DNA of 64,000 bases from an uncultured Bacteroides sp. (GCA_964500835.1 CAZCQL010000004.1:10590-74589), one strand, 5' to 3'. Positions 55,204 to 64,000 are shown, counted from the stretch's first letter. Numbers and translations are program-made. Notes: generated from the letters alone by a model not told the origin.

Positions 55204-57285
55204 TTATTTTGAGACAACCTCAATCATTCTGGAATCTTCTGACAGCACAGTTATTGGAGCAGTTATTCCGGCATCTTCTCCAAACAGATAATTTAGCAGG
55301 TACTGATCGAATTTCCTGTACAATAGGCGGGCACTTACATTTAGGCGTGTGGCCTGGTCTCCGGAATCGATTATGTTAATCTCTGTACTGTAATCTTCGG
55401 GTGAGGGCATTTCAGCCAGGGTTCGAATAGATGCAGGACAGGCAAAATTAAATTCGGCTTTATCTGAAAAGCCAGGGAACATGGATCTGCGAAACCTGAC
55501 ACCCACCATTTCCCATAAATTATGTTTGTCAATCAAGTTACCATATTGATCCACTGGCTCCACCTTGAATATAAAAGAACCGGGTTGGATAAAATTTCTG
55601 TCATCAACATGCCCTGACGAGAATATGACTTGGTTGCTGGGGTCTTTAACTGTCAGTTCAACCCATGCCTGAATGATGTCCAGCGGCCCCGTTGGAAAAT
55701 CATGCCCGACTTTGTTATTGGTGATAATAGTCTGGATCTTTATTTCTTCCCCCGTACCAATACTGTCCGGTACGATCAGCTCAATAGGTACGGCCGGGCC
55801 TGCTTGCCATTTGTCTTCAATTTCCGGTATATCGATTTTCCCCTTGAGCCATTTTTCGGTGAGGTCCACGTGTTCTTGAGCTCCCGGGAGATCCATGGCC
55901 AATGGCATAAACTGGTTGGCTCCCAGAAATCTGTGGCTTCGGTGTTTCCCGTCATCCGGAGTTCTGTTATAGTCAAGATCGTCCCCTCTGGCAGGTTCAT
56001 CGGATGCTACTAATGGCATATGGCATTCACGGCATTCAATCGTAGTCGATGGATCTCCGGGGTGGTTCCACCGGCTGTTCTTCCAGTTGTCATATTGATT
56101 TTGCAATTGTACCCATCCAACATTATTTACTTCTTCATCGATAAATTGCTTGTGACAGGCAGCGCAAAATTCAGGGCTCTTAAACAACTTGTGCTGGAAT
56201 GTTGAGATGTGATAATCCGGATAAGACCGGATCAGAAAGTCGCTGATAAATTTGGCTGTTTTTCCTTCATTTAACTCATAGATGTACCTGTTTGGCTGTT
56301 CAATAACGTAATTGGCATTCCCTTTTATATCTGTTTTTTTTATGGAATGACAAGCAATACAAGATATTCCTTCCTGATAACCCATCAGGTTGGATAAGTT
56401 TTCAACTCCAATGTTTTTTGTTCCTGAAAACAATGAAATAGGATCATGGCATCCTCCGCAGTACCTGGTGGAAACTGGTCCGTTCTGTTCAGCCATCACA
56501 CTCTGAATAACCTGGAATCCTACATCCATGGAGGAATATCTGTGCGCGCTTGCCTTCCATTCTTTCAGTATTTCTTCGTGGCAGCCTATCGTACCACAAC
56601 TTTCAGATTCTCCGAGGGCACGAGCTTCTAAAGCACCACCCGTGCTGGTTGTAGCAAGACTGGGAGCAAAGGGCCGGTCTTCACCATATAAGTAGCTATA
56701 GTCTTCTGGAAAATCGTTGATAAGATCAGGTTCCTCGTACGCATAGATCCAGATAGCAATCACTGCAAAAGGGAGAATACCAATTCCCAGGGCTCCCTTC
56801 ATATAATAGGAAATGGATTTACGGATGATCTTCTTTGAAACAGCATGATTTGCTTTGAAGTTCCGCAGAATTATCAGGATAATATGAGGGACAATGAACG
56901 CGATCATCGCAAAAGTACTGACAGTATGGACTTTATCCCATAAACGATTTATTCTGATGCCGAACAGAGATTGATAGGTTAGTACAGTTCCTGTGACTAA
57001 AAGAATGATGAGACACATCATCAGAATATACCCGGTAAGCTTAAAATGGCTCATGGGCATGGACTGATATATTATCCAGTGCCTGATTAAATACCAGAAG
57101 AACGGGATTACAAAAACAAGCCCCATGATGGTATGGAGCAGTACATTGATCTGATTGGTAGGGCTGAAGGGCAACATGTAGATCATCAGCCCAGAAAGAG
57201 TTTCGAAGAGCATCAATCCTGACACAAACTGCAGCAGCGCATGCCTCCACTCTTTTTCCCGGTAATTGATGTCTCTTTTATTCAT
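55204..57285 (-). CDS. Polytopic membrane protein: cytochrome b-like N-terminal helices fused to a multiheme cytochrome c (c554-like) domain
   Basis: Five N-terminal TM segments with H51, H69, H120, H134; heme motifs CGTIGCH (CX4CH), CGGCH, CIACH, CAACH, CRECH; C-terminal HRFLGAN and NNKVGHDFPTG. Confidence 0.85.
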   Translation of the reverse strand: MNKRDINYREKEWRHALLQFVSGLMLFETLSGLMIYMLPFSPTNQINVLLHTIMGLVFVIPFFWYLIRHWIIYQSMPMSHFKLTGYILMMCLIILLVTGTVLTYQSLFGIRINRLWDKVHTVSTFAMIAFIVPHIILIILRNFKANHAVSKKIIRKSISYYMKGALGIGILPFAVIAIWIYAYEEPDLINDFPEDYSYLYGEDRPFAPSLATTSTGGALEARALGESESCGTIGCHEEILKEWKASAHRYSSMDVGFQVIQSVMAEQNGPVSTRYCGGCHDPISLFSGTKNIGVENLSNLMGYQEGISCIACHSIKKTDIKGNANYVIEQPNRYIYELNEGKTAKFISDFLIRSYPDYHISTFQHKLFKSPEFCAACHKQFIDEEVNNVGWVQLQNQYDNWKNSRWNHPGDPSTTIECRECHMPLVASDEPARGDDLDYNRTPDDGKHRSHRFLGANQFMPLAMDLPGAQEHVDLTEKWLKGKIDIPEIEDKWQAGPAVPIELIVPDSIGTGEEIKIQTIITNNKVGHDFPTGPLDIIQAWVELTVKDPSNQVIFSSGHVDDRNFIQPGSFIFKVEPVDQYGNLIDKHNLWEMVGVRFRRSMFPGFSDKAEFNFACPASIRTLAEMPSPEDYSTEINIIDSGDQATRLNVSARLLYRKFDQYLLNYLFGEDAGITAPITVLSEDSRMIEVVSK

Positions 57286-57476
57286 TTTTCAATAATGGAT
57301 TTAACAACAGGTTTTCGCAATACGAATGCGTCTCCAATAGCATCCAAATATATCAATTTATAAAATGGCCATCCTATGATTCAAGTATTTTTATTTGGAT
57401 CGGGTCAGTTTGAAAGACGACGAATTAGGATTGTGTTGGCATAAGAATGCTATCACTAAATATGAGCATGAGAAAA

Positions 57477-60400
57477 TTAAAGGTTTGAAATATGGGATTT
57501 TCTAAGATTCACTACACGGTACAGTCCCGGAATCACCAATAACGAGAGAAACATAGATATGCTCATGCCACCAATCATCGATATGGCTAATGGTTGAAGC
57601 ATTTCAGAACCTTCACCCATTGACAGGGCCAGTGGTAAAAATCCAAATATTGTGGCGAGCGTAGTCATCAGAATCGGGCGAAAGCGAACTTTACCGGCCA
57701 TCATCAGTGCTGTTGAAATATCACTTGTTTTTTCCTCCAGGTATTTTTCTGCATAATCAATCAGTAAGATGCCATTATTGACCACCACCCCTACAATCAT
57801 GATCATGCCCATAAATGCAGAGATATCCATCGGGATTTTCACTATCCAAAGCATCAGGAAGACTCCACTGACCGATAGAATGGTTCCCAGCAGGATAACT
57901 CCTGCCGTTCGGAAGGAACGAAATTCAAAGAGCAAAATGGAGAAAACCAACAGGATGCCAAAACTGAGAATAAGCATCAGTTCTGAAAAGGCTTTCTGCT
58001 GACTTTTATATTGCCCTCCCAGGCTGACTGTAACCCCCGGAGGCAGGTGAATCCGCTCCAACATCACTTTTATATCTGATGAGATACTGCCCAGGTCGCG
58101 GTCAGATATTTGTGCTTTCACATTGATTACCTGGCTTAGATTTTCGTGTTCAATGTCTGTCTTTCCGGGAATCTTTTCAATGGAAGCCAATTCGTCCAGG
58201 AAGAATACCCGATTCAGGGAGGCAAGGTAAATTGGCATCTTTCCTATTTTTTCGGCATGGTCAAAGTCAGGTTTGGGATAGCGTACTCGTACCGGTATCA
58301 TTTTCAGGCCTTGCATCATTTGTGTGGACTCATCACCCCAAAGGGCCATACGAACAGCATCACTCACATCCCTGATGGATAATCCATACCGGGTGGACGC
58401 TTCCTCCTTCACACGAATGGTGAGCTCTGGTTCACCTTTGCTGAATCCCTTGTACACATCCACGGCTCCATTAATTCGCTCCAACGAATCGGCAATTTGA
58501 CTCGCTGTTTGCTGGATGAGTTCCAGGTTTTTTCCAAATACCTTGATAATCAGAGGAGCGATTTCTCCACTCAAATCATTCAGACGATCGGGCAATACCT
58601 GGAACAACTCCGGTTCCAGGAGAGGTTCATGACTCTCGTCAAAAGCCCTGATCTCATCCATGATTTCGAAGGAGGACCGCTTATGTCCTTTTCTTAAACT
58701 GATTACAAAATCCCCGTCATTGGCATGGGTTCGCGGATGGGCAAGGCTCCTGCCCGTTCGTAACGAGTAACCTTCTACTTCAGGGATAGTCATAATATAG
58801 GTTGCTATACTGCGTAACATGCTTCGGGTTCCTTCAATAGAGCTTCCGGGAGGTGCTATATAGTCATGTACAATAGTCCCTTCATCCCATTCGGGTAGGA
58901 AACCACTGGGAATCCTCAGGAATGAATAGGCAGCCACACCTCCGCAAAGAATTATAATCAGGAAAATAATAAAGGGAGTATGCAACAACCGTTTCAGCAT
59001 TCTTTGCTGCACGTTTACCACTCTGGGAACTACTTTTCCCGGCTTTTTCTTTTTGGTTGAGATAAATACAACAGCCAGGGCGGGCGTGAGAAAGACTGCC
59101 AGGATCATTGAAACCACCACAGCAATGGCAAGAGTAGAAGCCAGGGCACGGAAAAAGATACCCGGAACACCCGTCAGAAATACCAGGGGAACAAACACAA
59201 CCAACGTGGTTAGGGTGGCTCCTAACAAAGGAGGAATGATCTCGCCACTGGCTTTTACTACAGCCTCTTTTTTCGGATATCCCTCCTCAAGATACCGCTC
59301 AATATTCTCTACCACGACGATGGCATTGTCCACCAGGATACCAATGGCTGCGGCAAGCCCTCCCAAACTCATCAGGTTCAGATTCATGCCAGCCAGCTTG
59401 ATAAATATAAAGGTGATTAAAAGGGCCACTGGGATGATAACGATCGTCACCAGGGTGATTCGCAATCTTCTTAAAAACAGGAGGAGGATCAAAAAAGTGA
59501 GAAACGCTCCCATGAAAATGGCATCACGCACGCTCTTTATAGCACTTTTAATAAAGTCGGTCATGTCGTACCATTTTGTCAGCTCGATATCCTGTGAGAT
59601 TACACCAGTAAGCTCATCCAGGCGCTGATCCACCTCCTCCATAATAGAAACGGCATTGGTGCCCGGCTGTTTGATAACTGTAATCAGAACCGCCGGTTTT
59701 AAGTTGCTTTCACAGGCAATAAAAGTCTCCTTTACGGCAGGTTCAACTTCAGCAATTTCGGAAAGATAAACAGGCGTTTCCCCCTTCCGGGAAATGATGG
59801 TCTCTCTAATATCATCAATATCAAGAAACCGGTTGTCGGCAATATTCAGGTACAGTTTATTGGCTTCATTTAAACGGCCGACATATTGCAGGTTATTCGC
59901 ATTTTTTAAAGCCTCTTCAATCTTTCTATAATCAAGTTGTAAGGAAGCCAGTTTTTGAGGATCAAGGTTTACCCAGTATTCCCTCTGGTGTCCGCCCATT
60001 ACCTCGATATTGAATACCCCCGGAATACTGGCCAGTTGCGGACGTATGGTAAAGATGGCCACATCCCTTAATTCCAGCAGATCAAGTTTTTCTGAAGTCA
60101 GTGCATACCCTGCTACAGGATAGGTACTGGTAGTAAAACGCCTGACTTCGATTATTACTCCCGGAGGTAATTCGCTCTGTATGCCACTTACCTGAGCCTG
60201 AACCAGTTGATAAGCCCTGAACATATCCTGTCCCCACTGAAAATCAATATTAATCTCGGCCGATCCGCGACTGATACTGGTCCGCACCGTCCGTACACCT
60301 TCGACCATCATGGCCGCCTCTTCGATGGGTTTTGCCACCTCCATCTCCATCTCTGTGATGGGAGCCAGTCCATAATCAACCAGCACGGCAATGCGCGGGA

Positions 60401-60527
60401 AAGTGGCATCCGGAAACACCCCCTGGGGAATATGATATATCAGATAACCGCCAATCAGCGACAGCAACAAGGCCATAAAGATCATGGCTCTATTATTCTC
60501 AACAGCAAATTGAGACAGTTTTTTCAT
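57477..60527 (-). CDS. RND efflux permease (CusA/CzcA-like AcrB family)
   Basis: 1016 aa, 12-TM pattern, NLMSLGGL, GILVDNAIVVVEN, GVVVNNGILL, RFRPILMTT, PLAISMIGG. Confidence 0.93.
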   Translation of the reverse strand: MKKLSQFAVENNRAMIFMALLLSLIGGYLIYHIPQGVFPDATFPRIAVLVDYGLAPITEMEMEVAKPIEEAAMMVEGVRTVRTSISRGSAEINIDFQWGQDMFRAYQLVQAQVSGIQSELPPGVIIEVRRFTTSTYPVAGYALTSEKLDLLELRDVAIFTIRPQLASIPGVFNIEVMGGHQREYWVNLDPQKLASLQLDYRKIEEALKNANNLQYVGRLNEANKLYLNIADNRFLDIDDIRETIISRKGETPVYLSEIAEVEPAVKETFIACESNLKPAVLITVIKQPGTNAVSIMEEVDQRLDELTGVISQDIELTKWYDMTDFIKSAIKSVRDAIFMGAFLTFLILLLFLRRLRITLVTIVIIPVALLITFIFIKLAGMNLNLMSLGGLAAAIGILVDNAIVVVENIERYLEEGYPKKEAVVKASGEIIPPLLGATLTTLVVFVPLVFLTGVPGIFFRALASTLAIAVVVSMILAVFLTPALAVVFISTKKKKPGKVVPRVVNVQQRMLKRLLHTPFIIFLIIILCGGVAAYSFLRIPSGFLPEWDEGTIVHDYIAPPGSSIEGTRSMLRSIATYIMTIPEVEGYSLRTGRSLAHPRTHANDGDFVISLRKGHKRSSFEIMDEIRAFDESHEPLLEPELFQVLPDRLNDLSGEIAPLIIKVFGKNLELIQQTASQIADSLERINGAVDVYKGFSKGEPELTIRVKEEASTRYGLSIRDVSDAVRMALWGDESTQMMQGLKMIPVRVRYPKPDFDHAEKIGKMPIYLASLNRVFFLDELASIEKIPGKTDIEHENLSQVINVKAQISDRDLGSISSDIKVMLERIHLPPGVTVSLGGQYKSQQKAFSELMLILSFGILLVFSILLFEFRSFRTAGVILLGTILSVSGVFLMLWIVKIPMDISAFMGMIMIVGVVVNNGILLIDYAEKYLEEKTSDISTALMMAGKVRFRPILMTTLATIFGFLPLALSMGEGSEMLQPLAISMIGGMSISMFLSLLVIPGLYRVVNLRKSHISNL

Positions 60528-61447
60528 TGAACTTGAACCTTCATTCCGTCGGTGAGTGAATATGCCTTCCTGTTGGCTATAATGTCTCCTTCTTCCAATC
60601 CCCGGATCACTTCCACAATATCGTCGTGCTTAATTCCAATCTCAACCTTTCTTTTTTCAACCTGCTGATCTTTTACAACAAATACGCTGTATATCCCTTC
60701 CTCCTCCAGCAGTGCCGGCCTTGAAATGACCAGAGCTCCCGCATGGACTTTATTCGGAAATACCAGGCTCACCATCATGCCCGGTCTGTACACTTCCCGG
60801 GGATTATCCAGCGTCATACGAATCTGGATAGTCTGCTTTTGAGCATCCACTCTGCCATCAAAAGCGCTTATGGATAAAAGCAGGGGCCTTTGCGGATAAT
60901 CAATGAAAGTAACCCTCAGTTTGTTTAAGCGTTTTACCTGTGTCAGGTATACCAAGGGGAGATCACCATAGATGTCGAGTCTGCCCAGATCGGCAATATG
61001 AACAATTGATTCCCCTCTCTGCAACACATCACCATTGTGTTGCATAACTTCCAGTACTTTCCCGCTAAGAGGGCTCAACAAAGGGATCTCCCTAATTTCA
61101 CTGGCCATGATTTGTTGTTGCTTTTCATTCATCCCGGTAATGGCCTGGTTCAAAGCTTCACGCATTGGTGGAACAATGATCCCTATTTCCTGACCCTTAC
61201 TCACCTCGTCACCCTGCAAAAGGGAAAAATTTGTCAGGCGACCATCGAACTGTGATGCCAAAAATGCTTCCTGTCTCAATTTCACCTTGCCAAATATCTG
61301 AATGCTGTCAGTCAGATCCATCCGGGAAACTTTTTCAACCTGGATACTGAGAGGAGGAAGCTCTTTCCGGATGGCTGTTTCAGGTGAATTGCAACCAACC
61401 GTAACGATGGTTATCAGGACATAAGAGTAATATTGCGAATGTATCAC
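60524..61447 (-). CDS. RND periplasmic adaptor (membrane fusion protein)
   Basis: GTG start, lipobox-like TVG-C, LASQFDG, LLSPLSG, RPGM, VEIG...GLEEGD; overlaps the RND start. Confidence 0.88.
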   Translation of the reverse strand: MIHSQYYSYVLITIVTVGCNSPETAIRKELPPLSIQVEKVSRMDLTDSIQIFGKVKLRQEAFLASQFDGRLTNFSLLQGDEVSKGQEIGIIVPPMREALNQAITGMNEKQQQIMASEIREIPLLSPLSGKVLEVMQHNGDVLQRGESIVHIADLGRLDIYGDLPLVYLTQVKRLNKLRVTFIDYPQRPLLLSISAFDGRVDAQKQTIQIRMTLDNPREVYRPGMMVSLVFPNKVHAGALVISRPALLEEEGIYSVFVVKDQQVEKRKVEIGIKHDDIVEVIRGLEEGDIIANRKAYSLTDGMKVQVQ

Positions 61448-61488
61448 AAGAATATATTTTTATTAAATTATTGACCTTGGGAAACTTA

Positions 61489-61525
61489 CCATGACAATAT
61501 TATCATGGAAATTTCATATATGAAA
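61489..61525. promoter_or_regulatory. Two adjacent palindromes in the TolC-MFP gap
   Basis: CCATGAcAATATTaTCATGG (61489-61508, one mismatch) and TTTCATATATGAAA (61512-61525, perfect). Confidence 0.4.
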
Positions 61526-61528
61526 AAT

Positions 61529-62803
61529 TCATTTCCCACTCTTGTAATCTCCCATGGCAACAATCTGATCAACCTGATTGGAAGAGATATAAAATTCTAT
61601 AAGACTCATGGTATATTCCAGCCTTGTCTCCTCGATAGCCAGTTCCGTATTGGTCAGAACCTGCTGTGAGGAAAGGAAATCAAGATTTGAAGCTATCCCT
61701 GCTTCATAATTCACCTCTGCAAAATCGACCGTGCGGGCAGATATGTGTAGCCGTTTATCCTGCAACTCCATCAACCGTTTGAGGTTGACCAGCTTTTCAT
61801 GGACTTTTACCAGGTGGATCATCATCTCCCGCTCTGCATCACTCCTTAGTGCGTCCAATGATTGCACCATGGCCTTGGATCCCTGCTTCTGATAATCAAT
61901 GGAATTGCCAAAATAGATTGGAATAATAACGGCCGCATTGATCTGCATATAATTACCATCACCGGTAGGGTCACCATCCCCCACATAACCACTGCCAAGA
62001 CTAATATGCGGTATCTGCCGGGCAGAAATTTCATCGGTTCTGAGTTGCTGGGCAGCTAGCCTTGAATCAAACGCAGTCAGTATGGGATTTTGCGACAGGT
62101 CCAGAATTGAGAGCTGGGGTACCGGTTTGATTGCGACAGAAACCAAATCTACCGGAGCAAGGTGCAGGCTATCGGCATTTTCCCAACCCATTAAACGTAC
62201 CAATTCAATTTTCAAATTATCTCTTATAATGGCCAATCGGGCGGTATCTTCCTGCAATTTTAAAATCTTCGATTCCGTCTGTAAAAGATCCATTTGTGAT
62301 TTGAGGCCCGCTTCCCACATGCCCCGGGATATCTGGGCGTGGTGCTTCAGGAATGTGACCCTTACCCCCAGGATTTCCATTTGTTTCCTGACCTGCAGGA
62401 TGCTCATGTACAGGGAAGTTGAACGACCTATTACGTCCAAGTGGTGTTGCTCCTTTTCCAATCGCCGTGTTTCAATATCTTGTTGGGATGATTGACCTGT
62501 TTTTTTGATCAGGTCACCCAGTGACCAATCTGCATGGACCGATGCCCACAACTGATTAAAATAATAAGGTCTTAAGAACCTGTGATCGGTGGCAAGTTCC
62601 CCACTGATACGGGGAATCGATCGAGATTCAGCGATCGATGCAGTATTCTCGGCTACAGCTATTTCATTATCGTCCGACAGCAGACGAAAGCTGTGCTGTT
62701 CCGAACGGCGAATACACTCCTCAAGGGTAAGCAAAGTAGGTAGCTGAGCAAGAAGCATACTATTCCAGCATCCAATGAACAGTAAAATAAGCATCCTCCG
62801 CAT
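61529..62803 (-). CDS. TolC-family outer-membrane efflux protein
   Basis: Signal ending LLA-Q; LTLEECI, helical repeats, YEAGIASNLDFL; first gene of TolC-MFP-RND. Confidence 0.88.
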   Translation of the reverse strand: MRRMLILLFIGCWNSMLLAQLPTLLTLEECIRRSEQHSFRLLSDDNEIAVAENTASIAESRSIPRISGELATDHRFLRPYYFNQLWASVHADWSLGDLIKKTGQSSQQDIETRRLEKEQHHLDVIGRSTSLYMSILQVRKQMEILGVRVTFLKHHAQISRGMWEAGLKSQMDLLQTESKILKLQEDTARLAIIRDNLKIELVRLMGWENADSLHLAPVDLVSVAIKPVPQLSILDLSQNPILTAFDSRLAAQQLRTDEISARQIPHISLGSGYVGDGDPTGDGNYMQINAAVIIPIYFGNSIDYQKQGSKAMVQSLDALRSDAEREMMIHLVKVHEKLVNLKRLMELQDKRLHISARTVDFAEVNYEAGIASNLDFLSSQQVLTNTELAIEETRLEYTMSLIEFYISSNQVDQIVAMGDYKSGK

Positions 62804-62856
62804 TGCGTAACCATAATTTTCCCTAAACTTACGTAAAATCATCTGATTCTAATCCT

Positions 62857-63588
62857 ATGAAAACAGCTCTGAAAGCTCTGACACCTGTACTGGCGATTGT
62901 TTTAATGACCGTTGCCTGTTGCAATTCCAACTCAAAACCTCCCCTGGCCGGGGAACAGGAGACCACTCCCCAAACAGAAGTGAATAAACCCGTAAAAAAG
63001 GCCCCGACTCCCAGATTTGATTTTGAAAATTATGTTTCCGGGCAACTCCCCGAAGGCTGGTCACAGTATTATTCCGGTCCCGGTGGCACCAACTGGAAAG
63101 TGGTGGATGAGAATGGCAACAAAGTACTGGCTCAACTCTATTCCGACAATCCAAACGGGCATTTTAATATCATCGTAAATGACGTCTTGACTTTGAAGAA
63201 TATGACCCTTTCGGTCAGGCTCAAAGGAGTCAATGGCAGCCTTGACCAGGGTGGCGGATTTATCTGGAGGTTTACCGATAAAGAGAACTACTATGTGGTC
63301 CGGTCGAACCCGTTGGAAGACAACGTGGTATTGTATAAGGTTGAGAATGGAAAACGGACCGATCTTCCGTTAATCGACAAGGGCAGAACTTACGGAGTGG
63401 ATGTACCATCCCTGGGAGACTCGTGGCACACCATGAAATTGAACGTAAAAGGGGATCTGTTTACCGTATATCTTGATGAAGGGGAGCTTTTCAGGGTGCA
63501 GGACACCACTTTCCCCGACGCCGGACAAATCGGACTCTGGACAAAGGCAGATGCCGTAACTTACTTTGATGAGTATGTGATTGAATAA
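62857..63588 (+). CDS. Lipoprotein with DUF1080/concanavalin-like beta-sandwich domain
   Basis: Lipobox VAC-C; GGGFIWRF, NYYVVR, WHTMKL, AGQIGLWTK, TYFD. Confidence 0.8.
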   Translation: MKTALKALTPVLAIVLMTVACCNSNSKPPLAGEQETTPQTEVNKPVKKAPTPRFDFENYVSGQLPEGWSQYYSGPGGTNWKVVDENGNKVLAQLYSDNPNGHFNIIVNDVLTLKNMTLSVRLKGVNGSLDQGGGFIWRFTDKENYYVVRSNPLEDNVVLYKVENGKRTDLPLIDKGRTYGVDVPSLGDSWHTMKLNVKGDLFTVYLDEGELFRVQDTTFPDAGQIGLWTKADAVTYFDEYVIE

Positions 63589-63598
63589 AAAAACATCG

Positions 63599-63880
63599 GC
63601 CACGCTGTGTATCAAAATGCGGTGGCCACGTGAGCACAATGCTCTGAATAAATTCATCCGGTTCGAAGGAAATTAATCCAGCGGTCCCAGCATTTGAAAA
63701 ACGTTCAAGGCTGTTAACCATTTCCTGAACAGATACCGTGAGCCCGGGTAGATTGATCACCCTGTCATCCCCCAGCTTTTCCTCCTCAAGCATTTCAGCA
63801 TGGATGAAGTTTTGAATAACACATGCAGGGGACTGAATCCAAATTTCAGTCTCTGGAGGAACGGAACAGATAGGGATTTC
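63599..63880 (-). pseudogene. denD: Internal fragment of a D-erythronate dehydrogenase-like NAD-dependent epimerase/dehydratase
   Basis: ICSVPPETEIW..SP..VIQNFIHA, INLPGLTVSVQEMV, EPDEFIQSIVLTWPPHFDT resemble the DenD C-terminal region; Rossmann N-terminus and last helix absent. Confidence 0.6.
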
Positions 63881-63915
63881 CATCTGCGGGCCCCTCCAGA
63901 CTAAGCTCGTAAACA

Positions 63916-63999
63916 TTACACTGAAATATCTTCCAGTTCCTGTCCCTTTTTTACCCATTCTCTGATTCCGCCGGGATAGCGGAACACATTTATATATCC
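63916..63999 (-). CDS. 3' end of a rhodanese-like domain protein (partial); not in ORF track
   Basis: Frame 63999->63916 reads GYINVFRYPGGIREWVKKGQELEDISV*, matching the rhodanese GYxNVxxYxGGxxEW C-terminal motif. Confidence 0.7.
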   Translation of the reverse strand, partial: GYINVFRYPGGIREWVKKGQELEDISV

Positions 64000-64000
64000 C

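Noticed and set aside
57338-57400. 9-bp inverted repeat ATCCAAATA/TATTTGGAT about 45 bp apart upstream of the cytochrome gene
   Set aside because: Short, AT-rich and widely spaced; plausible by chance.
57437-57451. TGGCATAAGAATGCT, sigma-54-like
   Set aside because: GG-to-GC spacing is one base short and it points toward the 3' end of the RND gene, not a start.
1-64000. Mobile elements, prophage, defence systems, rRNA/tRNA, riboswitches
   Set aside because: No transposase, integrase, phage, cas, restriction-modification or structured-RNA signature recognised by eye; covariance-model searches were not run.

Overview
A 64-kb chromosomal window from a Bacteroidota genome, most likely Bacteroidales-like. 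Evidence: PorP/SprF gene, two T9SS C-terminal sorting domains, TAnnTTTG -7 promoter boxes and the purH-mreBCD-mrdA-rodA gene order. No rRNA, tRNA, CRISPR array, IS/transposase, integrase or phage genes were recognised. Layout: (1) 1-10.6 kb, a divergent cassette of two paralogous helical lipoproteins, an ABCG-like (NBD then TMD) exporter, a collapsed remnant of a second copy of that exporter, a receiver/pseudo-histidine-kinase, a PorP-family barrel and a PD40-SPOR protein; (2) 10.6-35 kb, mostly housekeeping (upp, ppk2, DUF1501/DUF1800, M28 peptidase, pgi, Hsp20, rsmA, mgtE, purH, mre/mrd operon, acpH); (3) 35.3-42.2 kb, a trehalose-type cluster (P-loop kinase, beta-PGM-GH65 fusion, TPS-TPP fusion with a degenerate TPS site); (4) 42-64 kb, an accessory region (DUF5916 barrel, T9SS-secreted CotH kinase, methyltransferase, PAP2, MFS, a cytochrome b-like/multiheme cytochrome c + CRTAC1/ASPIC-UnbV + TPR trio, and an RND-MFP-TolC pump). 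Four deletion-eroded gene remnants not annotated as such in the ORF track were found. Best candidates for undescribed systems: the membrane-anchored cytochrome/CRTAC1/TPR module, the ABCG-lipoprotein-T9SS cassette and the re-wired trehalose cluster. All family assignments come from motif recognition by eye; no database search was run.
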